From positions 24,124 through 88,123 of IMG/VR virus record IMGVR_UViG_3300042475_005534: a stretch of DNA of 64,000 nt; one strand, given 5' to 3'. The stretch is from a virus. The notes beneath the pieces are model-generated. The model was not told where the DNA came from and ran no database searches. It saw nothing but the letters and a program-made list of their open reading frames with translations. Positions 37,617 through 47,058 of this stretch are shown here, piece by piece; the stretch's first letter is position 1, and the number at the start of each line of letters is the position of its first letter. The position numbers were made by a program, and so were the translations under genes.

Positions 37617-37763
37617 TCATCGGTGGATGAGGGGATAGAGGGGGTCGAAGAACAGACCCATGTCGCCATGGCATAGAGCCAGGCGAAGAATGAAGCCGAG
37701 AGCCAGACACCCAGCGAGGTAGGTCTTGGGGTTGGCTTCGGCGAAGGAGGCGATGGTGCGCAT
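37617..37763 (-). CDS. small membrane protein (48 aa)
   Basis: MRTIASFAEANPKTYLAGCLALGFILRLALCHGDMGLFFDPLYPLIHR; fills the space between two repeats. Confidence 0.55.
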   Translation of the reverse strand: MRTIASFAEANPKTYLAGCLALGFILRLALCHGDMGLFFDPLYPLIHR

Positions 37764-37798
37764 GTGAGTAGCCGGCGGCTAGCCGGGGGCAAGGGATG

Positions 37799-37900
37799 TG
37801 AGCCGTAGCAGGTGGTGTGCACTGCTGATTTGGCTCAATGGAAAGCCCCACTTGGATGGTTCCGAGCGGGGCGGGGTAGGGGGTGCCAGATGTGGCACTA
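37799..37900 (-). repeat. composite intergenic repeat including hairpin copy 7
   Basis: TAGTGCCACATCTGGCACCCCCTACCCCGCCCC...GGGGCTTT...TGAGCCAAATCAGCAGTGCACACCACCTGCTACGGCTCA. Confidence 0.9.
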
Positions 37901-38089
37901 GGTGTACCAGCGGGGATCATCCTCCTCCGGGGAGAGGAGCATGTCCCCTATGGGCATGAAGGAGGAGGAGGAGAAGAGATCCCATCCGGCGTTGTAGTCG
38001 GGATGGGATCGGTAGTCTCCATCGCTATCGATAGCACGCATGTGCATGCATTCGATCGCGGAGCCCATCCAGGCGTGGTTGATGCTCAT
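37898..38089 (-). CDS. small hypothetical protein
   Basis: Stop codon supplied by the repeat. Confidence 0.55.
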   Translation of the reverse strand: MSINHAWMGSAIECMHMRAIDSDGDYRSHPDYNAGWDLFSSSSFMPIGDMLLSPEEDDPRWYT

Positions 38090-38091
38090 AA

Positions 38092-38310
38092 TCAGTTGAT
38101 GACAGGGATTTCGGCTACTTGCTCACGGCAGGACGTGTCGAAGAAAGCCTGCATGGAGTGGTCATCTATGGCGTGCTCACGGCGGGATATTTCGCGGAAG
38201 ACCTCCATGAGGCGATCATCCACAGATGGGTCTTCCGTGAGGCGGTATTGGTCGGCGAGCTGGTCAGCTAGCTGATGGAGCTGGAAATCGGAAAGGGATG
38301 TAAGGGACAT
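38092..38310 (-). CDS. small hypothetical protein
   Basis: ATG just after hairpin copy 8. Confidence 0.55.
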   Translation of the reverse strand: MSLTSLSDFQLHQLADQLADQYRLTEDPSVDDRLMEVFREISRREHAIDDHSMQAFFDTSCREQVAEIPVIN

Positions 38311-38318
38311 AGAAACGA

Positions 38319-38414
38319 AGAAGGTGGTGTCCACTGCTGAGTGGACTCAGTAAAAAAGCCCCACTCGGATGACTCCAAGCGGGGCGGGGGTAGGGGGTGC
38401 CAGAGGTGGCACTA
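38319..38414 (-). repeat. composite intergenic repeat including hairpin copy 8
   Basis: Same architecture as the other two; hairpin stem has one mismatch. Confidence 0.85.
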
Positions 38415-38708
38415 GAGGGGAGTGTGCTCATGATCAAGGGTGTCGCAGAGGCGATCCCAAATGCTCTGGAGCCTGTCGGGTCCGGAGCCCCGGAGGCTCT
38501 CCCACCAGGCATCACGGGGGCGATACCCGAAGGCATCTTTGTGTAGGTCGCTAAAGAGATCAATGCGGTAGGAATAGCCCTCGAGCGGGAAGGACTGGGT
38601 GGACCAGGCCTCCGGGGAGATATAGGAGCCGTAGATTTCGCGGTCGAAGGATTCCCGTTCTTGCCGCCAAGCAAGGTCTTCAGGTGAAAGGGTTGCGGAA
38701 TTAGTCAT
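38412..38708 (-). CDS. small hypothetical protein
   Basis: FSDLHKDAFGYRPR motif seen in phage early proteins; stop supplied by the repeat. Confidence 0.65.
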   Translation of the reverse strand: MTNSATLSPEDLAWRQERESFDREIYGSYISPEAWSTQSFPLEGYSYRIDLFSDLHKDAFGYRPRDAWWESLRGSGPDRLQSIWDRLCDTLDHEHTPL

Positions 38709-38733
38709 GGAAATTGCGGGTAGCGAATGGATG

Positions 38734-38772
38734 TGAGCCGTAGCAGGTGGTGTGCACTGCTGATTTGGCTCA
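38734..38772 (-). repeat. conserved hairpin element, copy 9
   Basis: Identical to the copy 7 core. Confidence 0.9.
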
Positions 38773-38816
38773 ATGGAAAAAGCCCCTGATCCAGTAAAGG
38801 ACCAGAGGCGAAGGGA

Positions 38817-38996
38817 TCAAGCAATCGCTTGAGTCCGAAGTGTGGCGAGAAGGCGGCGAGCCCTCTCGATGCAGTAACTCGTGGACTGGGGCCATAGTCC
38901 ACGCGCTCCCTTGAGGGGGTAGACGCTAACTGCAACGGTCTCAGGATTGAGAGTGCTGAAGCGGTAGACCCGATCAGCAAGAATGACGGTAGCCAT
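38817..38996 (-). CDS. small hypothetical protein (59 aa)
   Basis: MATVILADRVYRF...; first gene after hairpin copy 10. Confidence 0.5.
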   Translation of the reverse strand: MATVILADRVYRFSTLNPETVAVSVYPLKGARGLWPQSTSYCIERARRLLATLRTQAIA

Positions 38997-39059
38997 TGAG
39001 GTTGCTGCTGCAATAGCAGTAGTTGTCGGGCGCTTATCTCCCGTGAAAGCGCTATGCTT

Positions 39060-39085
39060 CTCAACAGATGGTGTGCACTGCTGAG
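39060..39085 (-). repeat. conserved hairpin element, copy 10
   Basis: CTCAGCAG-tgcacaccat-CTGTTGAG. Confidence 0.85.
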
Positions 39086-39119
39086 TTGCTTCACTGATGA
39101 TGTGATCATGAGTAGTGCA

Positions 39120-39580
39120 ACCGCGCTGCGTGCGTGAGTGTGTGCGAAAGGGAGCGGGAGTGGGAGCGTAGCGTAGGGAGCTAGGGAAGCGAGAGATAGC
39201 AGGTGCTGCAAGGGAAGGGGAGGATGAGAGATGTAAGGGTAAGATAGAGATAGTGAGGGTAGAGTATAAGAGTAGAGCGTAGTATAGGGAGTGTAGCAAA
39301 AGTATAGAAAGGATAAAAGGAACCAGGGAGGCATAGCATATGCCGCAACTATCGCTGCTGCTGCTGCATCCGCTGCATTGGCGCTAGCTGCTGCTATGCA
39401 TTAGCTACGCGACCTGCTGCTACGCGTTGCGGCAAGGCACGTATCCCCCCTCGCTGCTCCGCTCGCGGCGCTTGCTGCTGCTGCTGACAGGGGCGCTACA
39501 TGCCTAATCTTTTTTTTCCTCCCAGGTTCCCATTTTGCGTGGGGGGTTTTTGATGTATGGAGCGCGCCGCAAAAAATTTT
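39120..39580. other. low-complexity non-coding strand-switch region (possible genome terminus / pac region)
   Basis: Purine-dominated tract, (GCT)n runs, and T9, G7, A6T4 homopolymers; gene orientation flips here. Confidence 0.45.
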
Positions 39581-39660
39581 CAGAATTCCATAGGGGAGCT
39601 TGCTTCTGTTGCTTGATTCATGGGGTGAAAGGCGTTATGATTCGCAGTGCGCGACACAGC

Positions 39661-40239
39661 ATGCAAGCGCAACCAACCATCGGAGCAACCCCAATGACCG
39701 ATCCAAAACCCCAGCACCCAACGAATCCCCCTAATTCGCCGGATCACTTCTGGGCTGTGGAATCCGGACGACAGGGCTGGCGTCTCCCCACAGGAGGAAG
39801 CGCAGGAGGAGGGGCTGCTGCGGCGTCTTGTAATCCGGCTAGCGGCCTGTCCGCTTTTGCAGGGCGGGTCCCTGGGCATGACGATTCACGCCTGTTCCCC
39901 GTTTCACAGGCCGAGATGGCAGCCCCCACCGAAGCAACCCCGATGACCGCAAAGGCCGCGCTGCAACGAGCTCGCGACGAGGAACTGGAAGAGTGCGCAA
40001 AGTACCTGGTGGAAAAGGGACAACAAAGGCTTGCTGAGGAGCTCCGCGCAGTCCGCCGCCCACCAGACACCAGCGAGGCCGCCGATGCCGCACGCATGCG
40101 CTGGATACTGCAAGGGAATGGCTATTTCATGGAGGAACGCGGGTTATGCGGCCACGGACCCTGCAGCGAGAAAGAAATGAATGGCGCTCGTAAAGAGATT
40201 GACGAGAAAATGGCCGAAGACGAGTCACGCAAGGGCTGA
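39661..40239 (+). CDS. hypothetical protein
   Basis: ARDEELEEC...LRAVRRP module similar to 24095-24493; start uncertain. Confidence 0.5.
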   Translation: MQAQPTIGATPMTDPKPQHPTNPPNSPDHFWAVESGRQGWRLPTGGSAGGGAAAASCNPASGLSAFAGRVPGHDDSRLFPVSQAEMAAPTEATPMTAKAALQRARDEELEECAKYLVEKGQQRLAEELRAVRRPPDTSEAADAARMRWILQGNGYFMEERGLCGHGPCSEKEMNGARKEIDEKMAEDESRKG

Positions 40240-40326
40240 TTCAGGGAAAATCAGGCGCCCCGTGTCCCCGTAAGACAACAAAATCAACCCCGATAGACTG
40301 GTCTGACAGCAAGACGCGCTCGATTC

Positions 40327-43086
40327 GTGGTGCAATCAGGGTTTTTTGGCTCTCCAGGTCGCTTCGCGAATCGCTGGGATGCTGTTGGACAGCGCAGGTC
40401 CCGGGTGCCAACACCAATTAGCGGCGCGGTTTTCGGGGGCGTACCCCCTCAGCCGGGTGCCGCGCTGGATCTCTTGGGGGGATTCATACGCGAACAGCGA
40501 ATTGCTGCGCTGGCACAGGAGATTGGGCTGCCCGAGCGCACTGCTGAGTGGTTAATCGATCAAGAAAGCCAGGGCTCGAAGGCAATCCGGCGGGCATTGG
40601 GCTCGCGGAGCCAGAAATTTGCGAACATCCTCGAACAGGAAGGCGTTATCCCCTCCGCGGCTGACGTCGCGGGCGCACCCCTCGGTGAATTGATTGCCCA
40701 ATCCGGGGAAATCCGCGAAGATCCGCTGAATCGAGCCCTGCGAGCGGCCAACCAGCGACTTTACTCCCAGCGAAACGAGACTTTCCTGGACGAAGCCGGC
40801 TACGAAAGAAGCCTAGAAACTGGTTCCATTGTCGACCGAGGAATTGCAGACCCCGTAGAGCGCCCAATTGACGCTGGAGCGCTCTCAGCGGACGAACTTG
40901 CCGCTCTAATGCCGGATTCTCCCTCGGCAGCAAGACTCCCCTACGGGGCCAGGGCGATGACACAAGCCGAAACACGAGACGCTTTCGAGGGATCAGGCGC
41001 GTCAAAAACTAGCGGCGGACGGCGGAACTCTTTGGCGAAAGAACCAAACATAGGGCTCAGGGAGAACCCCAGGGACGTCTATCCCGGGACAACCACCTTG
41101 CAAAATCCCTCGAATCGCAGTGCTGATCCAGACGAGCGCTACGCATGGTTCACGCCCGGTGGCGTTCTTGGCAGGAATTTCGAGCCCGATCCCGCCAGCG
41201 CGGCAATTCCGTTACTTATTGCCCCTCGATCGCAAGAGCGGTTTGATCAGATTGGACAGTTTCGCGCTCCAAGCGTCTATCTAAACCGTTCGGAAAAGTT
41301 CGTTCCGGGCCTCGGAGATGCGCGCATTTTAGATGTCAACCCACTTGCACAGCTTCCACCCCGCATAGCAGAGGCATTATCAGCTGAACTCGGTGACGAC
41401 TTTTACACGATGGAAGAGCTCGACAAAGTAGTCACCGGTGGCTACGCAGGACGAGCAACCAACGTTCCGGTACCAGACCCCGCCACGGGAGGGGGTGGCT
41501 TTGACCCGATTTACGACCCCGCCGCCGGAACTGTTAGCGCAACCAGCAGTAAGCGCCCAATGACAGTTGCAGAGGCCGTCACCCGGATCGCCAGGCGCAA
41601 TCTCGCTCCGATTACACCTGTGATGATAGACCAGCTAGTGGGCGACGGCCAGGTCGAAGTGCGGACACCCCTGGTGAACAAAAGGTTGGCACTACTGAGG
41701 CGCGATGGATTCATTGGCGAACAACCACTGGTAGAGTCCGGCCGGGAATTCGACACGCCGAGTGGACGACGACCAAGCCGCCCAGGACCGGCATCGCTCG
41801 TAGATGTGTATCCATTGGGTATTCCATCCCCCGAAGAAGAGGGGCTTTCACCCGCTCAGCGACTGACCTTACGCGCCGACAATTCGGGACAGAACTTTGT
41901 CGACGCTCGCATTGGCAGCCCCGGTAGGTACAGGCCAGAGCTATACGGAGAACTGGACACTCTCGTTGGACTTCTCGCGGCAGAGGCCTTCCCAAATGAG
42001 CGCGCACGCTTCCAGATCCACGGCACCGCCTACGATCCCCAGACCAGGGCGGTCAGTGAAGTTAGAGATCGCTTTGATCCCATGGTCATAGAAAGACCAA
42101 TTGGGAAAGACTGGTCACTATTGGTCAACTCTGCAGGTCGGGACCCATTGATTTCGCGGTATCAAAATCAACTGCTTTCCGCATCTGGAATGGAGGCCGC
42201 CGGGGACAGCAACCCCCTCCTGTCCCTCGTGGACAACTTGAAATCTCTTGCAGGCGTACCGATCTCGGACAGGGCCATTGCACCCGCGTCGTCCGCCGCG
42301 CAAAGAGTAGTTCCCGGGGGACCAGAACTGGAGAATGCCCTGCGACTCGCGAAGAAGAAAGCTAACCAAGCGGCGCGAAGTGGGCTAGTGCCAGCAGAAA
42401 GCGGTTCCACGATGTTCGCTCCCGACACCAATGCATTTGCGCGCAGAAACTACGAAGCCAGCGCCAGAGCGGTCCTTGCTGGCGCCCTGGACGGACGGAT
42501 CCCCTTGGCCACCACTCAAGAGCGCTCCAGCCGCCCAATTCCCTCCCGCGGTGAACTGCAGCAGTTGCCGCCAAACGAGTTCTGGAAGACTTGGAGGCCC
42601 CAGAGCTTCGAAAACGCCCCCGCAGCCCCGCAGGCGGGCCCGACAGTCCCCCGGATTGGACCGGAATACGAAGAGATGATCAAGACGCTTGCCACCAAGT
42701 ATGGCTTCAATCCTGAAGAGGTTGCTCAACCCGATGCATCTACTCGGAGAGTGCTGCGCCAGTCGGGCCAGGTGTCCCTACCGGTGAGCGACCTTGGCGG
42801 CCAGTACGTTCCAAGCTACATCGACGAAGTAGCAGACTATATGGCGCGCCGGGCCGCAAGTATGCCCCGCGGAGGGGTTAGAGATATATCTGTTGAACAG
42901 GGAGAACTCTTCCCCGCTTCGCGCACAAATCCCCCCACCTCAAACCCCTCCACCTCAGCCCTAGGGAGGGAGCAGGTGGAGCCCGTTCTTCGACCACTAG
43001 GCAGAGATGAATTGCCGGCTACACAGCAACAGCTGGCCAGGTTCGGGCTGCTCGCTCAACTCAGAAGCAGGAACAGGGTTTTTTAG
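40327..43086 (+). CDS. large hypothetical protein (probable virion-associated)
   Basis: 919-aa ORF heading the structural block; TAGACT upstream. Confidence 0.7.
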   Translation: MVQSGFFGSPGRFANRWDAVGQRRSRVPTPISGAVFGGVPPQPGAALDLLGGFIREQRIAALAQEIGLPERTAEWLIDQESQGSKAIRRALGSRSQKFANILEQEGVIPSAADVAGAPLGELIAQSGEIREDPLNRALRAANQRLYSQRNETFLDEAGYERSLETGSIVDRGIADPVERPIDAGALSADELAALMPDSPSAARLPYGARAMTQAETRDAFEGSGASKTSGGRRNSLAKEPNIGLRENPRDVYPGTTTLQNPSNRSADPDERYAWFTPGGVLGRNFEPDPASAAIPLLIAPRSQERFDQIGQFRAPSVYLNRSEKFVPGLGDARILDVNPLAQLPPRIAEALSAELGDDFYTMEELDKVVTGGYAGRATNVPVPDPATGGGGFDPIYDPAAGTVSATSSKRPMTVAEAVTRIARRNLAPITPVMIDQLVGDGQVEVRTPLVNKRLALLRRDGFIGEQPLVESGREFDTPSGRRPSRPGPASLVDVYPLGIPSPEEEGLSPAQRLTLRADNSGQNFVDARIGSPGRYRPELYGELDTLVGLLAAEAFPNERARFQIHGTAYDPQTRAVSEVRDRFDPMVIERPIGKDWSLLVNSAGRDPLISRYQNQLLSASGMEAAGDSNPLLSLVDNLKSLAGVPISDRAIAPASSAAQRVVPGGPELENALRLAKKKANQAARSGLVPAESGSTMFAPDTNAFARRNYEASARAVLAGALDGRIPLATTQERSSRPIPSRGELQQLPPNEFWKTWRPQSFENAPAAPQAGPTVPRIGPEYEEMIKTLATKYGFNPEEVAQPDASTRRVLRQSGQVSLPVSDLGGQYVPSYIDEVADYMARRAASMPRGGVRDISVEQGELFPASRTNPPTSNPSTSALGREQVEPVLRPLGRDELPATQQQLARFGLLAQLRSRNRVF

Positions 43087-43129
43087 CCAAATTGATTCCT
43101 CCTAGACTACCCAAAGGCGAGTATCTGCA

Positions 43130-43447
43130 TTGGCGTTTCAGCTCACAGGACCAGGGTCGAAGGGTGAGGCTCGTCAGCGGACCCTTAACTACGCGCTTGC
43201 GAATGCGGCTCGCAAGCGGACAGAGCAAGACGATACCGGCAGCTTCGGAGATACGGGCGCCATTACACACACCGCCGGATTGCCGCAGAAGCAACAGTCT
43301 CGCACCTTTGATCAGGTTGGCGGGTTTGGGGAGTTCGGTGAAGCTGCAAAGGATCCGAAAAACAGGAGGTATTTCGAGGACGTCATGGGAGGCCTAGCAA
43401 ATTTCCAGAACTTCATGAATCCACCCCAACCAGGCCCTTCCGCCTAA
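43130..43447 (+). CDS. hypothetical protein
   Basis: Operonic ORF. Confidence 0.55.
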   Translation: MAFQLTGPGSKGEARQRTLNYALANAARKRTEQDDTGSFGDTGAITHTAGLPQKQQSRTFDQVGGFGEFGEAAKDPKNRRYFEDVMGGLANFQNFMNPPQPGPSA

Positions 43448-43453
43448 CACGCC

Positions 43454-44092
43454 ATGCTCCCCCTTCGATTTGCAGCTGCCGCTCCGTTCGCCTCGAAGGC
43501 ACTTAAGGCCCTCTACCCGGGGTTGGCCGCTGGTCCGCGCATTCGCTCTATGGAGTCCCTCTCCGCTGCGGCGCCAGATATCGCCATGGACCTGGGCAGC
43601 AACCTCCTTTTTGCCGGAATGACTGGCTTCTCCCTGCCCGGACAGGACAGGGCCTCAGGATACGAAGGCGCGTCATTCGGGGAAAGAGCCGGTGCCGTAG
43701 CATTTGACGCGGCCACCTCGATTCCCGTCGGGATGGGGGGACGACTGCTCGGCGCGGGCTTGAGTAGAGGGATTGGCCGTGTCAGCAAGCGCCCGCTATC
43801 TCCAGGCTGGGAAATGGGCATCCAGGGCGTGGCCGGCATGGGGGCCGAAACAGCACTCTGGGGGTCTGGTGTTATCCAAAACCCCTTCACCAATAGCGCC
43901 ATCGAGCGCTACAACCAGGCCGCCATGGCCATGCAGGAGAACGACAAGCGCGCCTATCGCGAACAGATCCTGGCAGAAGCGGAACAAGAGCGGCAGCGCC
44001 GGACCCAAGCACTAGCTGGCTATGGCGGGGCCGGAGCAGCGCTGTCCTCGTATGGCTTCGAGGGCTTCCCTGGCCTCGGGGGACTTGGCTGA
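43454..44092 (+). CDS. Gly/Ala-rich putative internal virion protein
   Basis: GxxxG segments plus a coiled coil. Confidence 0.6.
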   Translation: MLPLRFAAAAPFASKALKALYPGLAAGPRIRSMESLSAAAPDIAMDLGSNLLFAGMTGFSLPGQDRASGYEGASFGERAGAVAFDAATSIPVGMGGRLLGAGLSRGIGRVSKRPLSPGWEMGIQGVAGMGAETALWGSGVIQNPFTNSAIERYNQAAMAMQENDKRAYREQILAEAEQERQRRTQALAGYGGAGAALSSYGFEGFPGLGGLG

Positions 44093-45408
44093 TGGAGTTC
44101 CCGAAGATCCCGCGAACGGGGCTGGGGCTAAGAGATATCGCCGCTCACGCCTACCGGGCCTCCACTCGGATCAACGGGGAAAACCGTGAATTAAGCCCCT
44201 TCGAGGTGCTCGCCCAAAGGCCCCAGTCTCTACATGCAATCCGCCAGGCCATGGCAGGCCTCCCCGGCGGGTACAGCAAAAAGCAAATGGAGGAGTTCGA
44301 CCGTGAACGCCTCGAGGATCCGGTTTTCCGTGATCAAACAATAAGGCTGGGCCAATACCCCGACTCGATTCCAGAGAAAGACGGGATTGCTGCAGAGGCG
44401 GCACGACGAGCAGCCCAAGGAGCAGGAATACTTGCGGCGGACGCCACCAGCCAAGGCGCGCAATCCCTGTGGTGGTTCATCAACGCCTTCCAGGCAGCCT
44501 CATCTGCCGCAGGGCAGCAGGCTATGCATCATTCCCTCAGGGGAATACCAGGCGCGCCGAAGACTCCATTCACTCGCCAGCACTACGCAGTCTCTGCGAC
44601 TTTCCCCCTTGTCCTAGGGGCTAGCGCCGCAGTCGGGAACCTCTTCCGGCAGCCTGGATATTCGGCGGTACTCCCCGACGAGGAGGATCGAACTGAGTCC
44701 TCCAATCCGCTCATGGAGACCGGACTGCGCTCGCTTGGCATGACAGGAAGCCTGCTGCCGTACAAGGATTTCATCCAGGAACGACCAGACGTCTCCAGGG
44801 ACGAGTACGAGTCCTACAAGGCCTACCTTCATGGAAACCCCATGCCCGTGAAGGTCAACATGGACGGGATTCACGGAGCGGAAGTCAACCTGTTGGGCAA
44901 GCCGATTCCACTGTTGACCGGGATTCTCCCCGTCGCGGCTGGCGTTGCCGGAGGGGCCCTTGGAGTGAGGATGGCCGGCAAGCGACTGGCATCCAGCGGG
45001 AGGGTCAATAAATTCCAGGCCCAACAAAGGATGGACGATAAAATCGGCCAACTCCGCAAGCAAGCACTGGAAGTGGATCGCGAGATCGAGAGACTGGATC
45101 GCATGTCTCCCACCTCCGAGGATTCACGTCTATCCGGGTGGGCCGCCTCTATTAACCAGGAGCGCGAGAGGGCCGAGCAAAAAAGCAGAGACCTCAACAG
45201 GTTGATCTCCGAAACCTCACAACGGAAGAGACAGGCTCAGAACCAAATAGAAGATGCGCTCTTCCTCGGAGGCGTTGGCGGCTCAGCAGCCGGGCTCAGC
45301 ATCACGGCTGCCGGGGCCTCCCTGATGGAGCAGATGCGCAGGGCGGCCAATGCGGAGGAAAATCGCCAGAAGCAGTCAGAAGAATTAACACCCGTGGAAG
45401 CGTACTAG
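44092..45408 (+). CDS. putative internal virion / ejection protein
   Basis: Hydrophobic Gly-rich helices and a coiled coil. Confidence 0.65.
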   Translation: MEFPKIPRTGLGLRDIAAHAYRASTRINGENRELSPFEVLAQRPQSLHAIRQAMAGLPGGYSKKQMEEFDRERLEDPVFRDQTIRLGQYPDSIPEKDGIAAEAARRAAQGAGILAADATSQGAQSLWWFINAFQAASSAAGQQAMHHSLRGIPGAPKTPFTRQHYAVSATFPLVLGASAAVGNLFRQPGYSAVLPDEEDRTESSNPLMETGLRSLGMTGSLLPYKDFIQERPDVSRDEYESYKAYLHGNPMPVKVNMDGIHGAEVNLLGKPIPLLTGILPVAAGVAGGALGVRMAGKRLASSGRVNKFQAQQRMDDKIGQLRKQALEVDREIERLDRMSPTSEDSRLSGWAASINQERERAEQKSRDLNRLISETSQRKRQAQNQIEDALFLGGVGGSAAGLSITAAGASLMEQMRRAANAEENRQKQSEELTPVEAY

Positions 45409-45432
45409 AATTGAAACCGGGCACCTTTTCCC

Positions 45433-45867
45433 ATGTTCGATCCGTTTAACCCAGGAGCGAGTCCGTTCAGCAACGCCTTCGAGGGCGGCGGATATCGCGC
45501 CTTTGCGGGTAGGGAAGACCAGATGGAAAGACAAAAGCTTGCACTGGAGCGTGCCCGAGAGAAGAAGCGCGAACTACTTGAAAATGAATACAAACAAGGA
45601 GAGAAAATGGCTAAGGAATACAAGGTGCCATTCCAGCCGAAGGATTGGGTATCGTCTGCGGCCAACGCTGCTTCAACTGCTTTAGGAATTGCAAAGGAGC
45701 AGGGATTGTTCCGGCCAAAAACTGACAACACTCGGCCCGTAGAGACGACCTTCAATATGTCGAGGCGGAATGAGGTTCCACAGGCAGCAAGGGATGTAAC
45801 CTCTGATTTTCTAAACAGGCCTTCTAGCTCTTGGGGCTTTGACCTCTCGAAAGCCTTTAACCCATGA
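45433..45867 (+). CDS. hypothetical protein
   Basis: N-terminus AGR.D.M..QKLA..RAR shared with the next gene. Confidence 0.6.
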   Translation: MFDPFNPGASPFSNAFEGGGYRAFAGREDQMERQKLALERAREKKRELLENEYKQGEKMAKEYKVPFQPKDWVSSAANAASTALGIAKEQGLFRPKTDNTRPVETTFNMSRRNEVPQAARDVTSDFLNRPSSSWGFDLSKAFNP

Positions 45868-46331
45868 GTTACTACTCCGCCGGTAGAGACGATCGAATGC
45901 AGTCTCAAAAACTCGCATTTGATCGAGCACGCGCCGCTAGGAAAGCACGCTCCAGCGCCTGGCCTTCCTTCGACAAGGACCCCGCCTACAAAAGCAATAT
46001 CTCCAGCAGCTTCAATCCATTTGACAATAAGTTTGGCAGCTCCCAGTTCAAATACAGCGGCGCCAAGGACAGCTTCGCGCAGGACTCACTTGAGGACTGG
46101 CAAAAAGCCTACGAGGATGACGAACACGACTTTGCGCTCGAGGCTCAGGAAAGAGGCTTCAAACTGCAAGACAGTACCTCCAAGATCGCGAAGGAGGCCC
46201 AGGAGGAAGCACAAAAGAGGGCTCAAGGACAACAAAGGAGAAGAGGAGTCCTCGGCCTTGTCAGCTCTGCTGCAAGCTTTATCCCAGGCGTCGGGCCTCT
46301 CATCAGTGCCGGTATCAATGCTTTCTCCTAA
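45864..46331 (+). CDS. hypothetical protein (pilot-like C-terminus)
   Basis: GLVSSAASFIPGVGP. Confidence 0.6.
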   Translation: MSYYSAGRDDRMQSQKLAFDRARAARKARSSAWPSFDKDPAYKSNISSSFNPFDNKFGSSQFKYSGAKDSFAQDSLEDWQKAYEDDEHDFALEAQERGFKLQDSTSKIAKEAQEEAQKRAQGQQRRRGVLGLVSSAASFIPGVGPLISAGINAFS

Positions 46332-46383
46332 CAGGTCACCTATCGATGCTCACTAGAATCAACACAATGAGGAGCCCTGAACA

Positions 46384-47058
46384 ATGCCGCTGCCCGCTCT
46401 AGCCGCAGGTGGCTCATTCCTGTCTGGATTGTCGGGACTCATGACCCGCCAGGGGCTGATGGCTGCTGCGACCTACGGGCCACTCATCTTCCAAGCAGCA
46501 AGCCAGCTGAATAACCCCGATCCCACGCGTGATACGTCTGACAACATAGGTGCCGCAGTGGGCAGCCTTGGTGTTGGAATTCCCGGGGCGCTCCTTGGCT
46601 CGTACCTGGGCAGGAGGGGCGGGCGATCCCTTGCTTACCGCACTGGCGAGGCATTAAACCCAGACGCTGCTGGACTGAGACGTGGTGGTCGAGTGGGCGG
46701 AACCATTGGTGGGGCCCTTGGCGGATTGGCTCTTGCAGGGGTAGGGGCCAACGTCGGTCAAGGGGTGATGGGGCTTACAAAGGGGGACGCCCTCTCGCAG
46801 CAGATCAGGACGAATGAGCGGCTGTTCGAGTCTCAGGCGCGACTCCAAAGAGAAGCCCAGGAGGCTTCGCTTCCCTTGATGCGCAGTCAGCAAGATTTGG
46901 CGTTACGCGGGTACGCAGATCAAATGCTGCTTGACGAGAGAGCCCGCGGACTCGATGCCTATCGTTATGCTCTTTACGGGGTAGCCAATCGGCCACCCGT
47001 GCAGGACAACGGGTTCTCCACCGCTCTCGCTCAATATGCTCTTGGGGGATTCGCCTAA
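46384..47058 (+). CDS. glycine-zipper putative internal virion protein
   Basis: GGxxGGxxGG motifs. Confidence 0.65.
   Translation: MPLPALAAGGSFLSGLSGLMTRQGLMAAATYGPLIFQAASQLNNPDPTRDTSDNIGAAVGSLGVGIPGALLGSYLGRRGGRSLAYRTGEALNPDAAGLRRGGRVGGTIGGALGGLALAGVGANVGQGVMGLTKGDALSQQIRTNERLFESQARLQREAQEASLPLMRSQQDLALRGYADQMLLDERARGLDAYRYALYGVANRPPVQDNGFSTALAQYALGGFA

Noticed and set aside
37111-39085. CRISPR array
   Set aside because: The repeats are degenerate and separated by 150-400 bp protein-coding genes, not 30-40 bp spacers; no cas operon.
38705-39334. 209-aa Leu/Ser/Pro-rich ORF
   Set aside because: Reads through the low-complexity tract and two hairpin elements; likely spurious.
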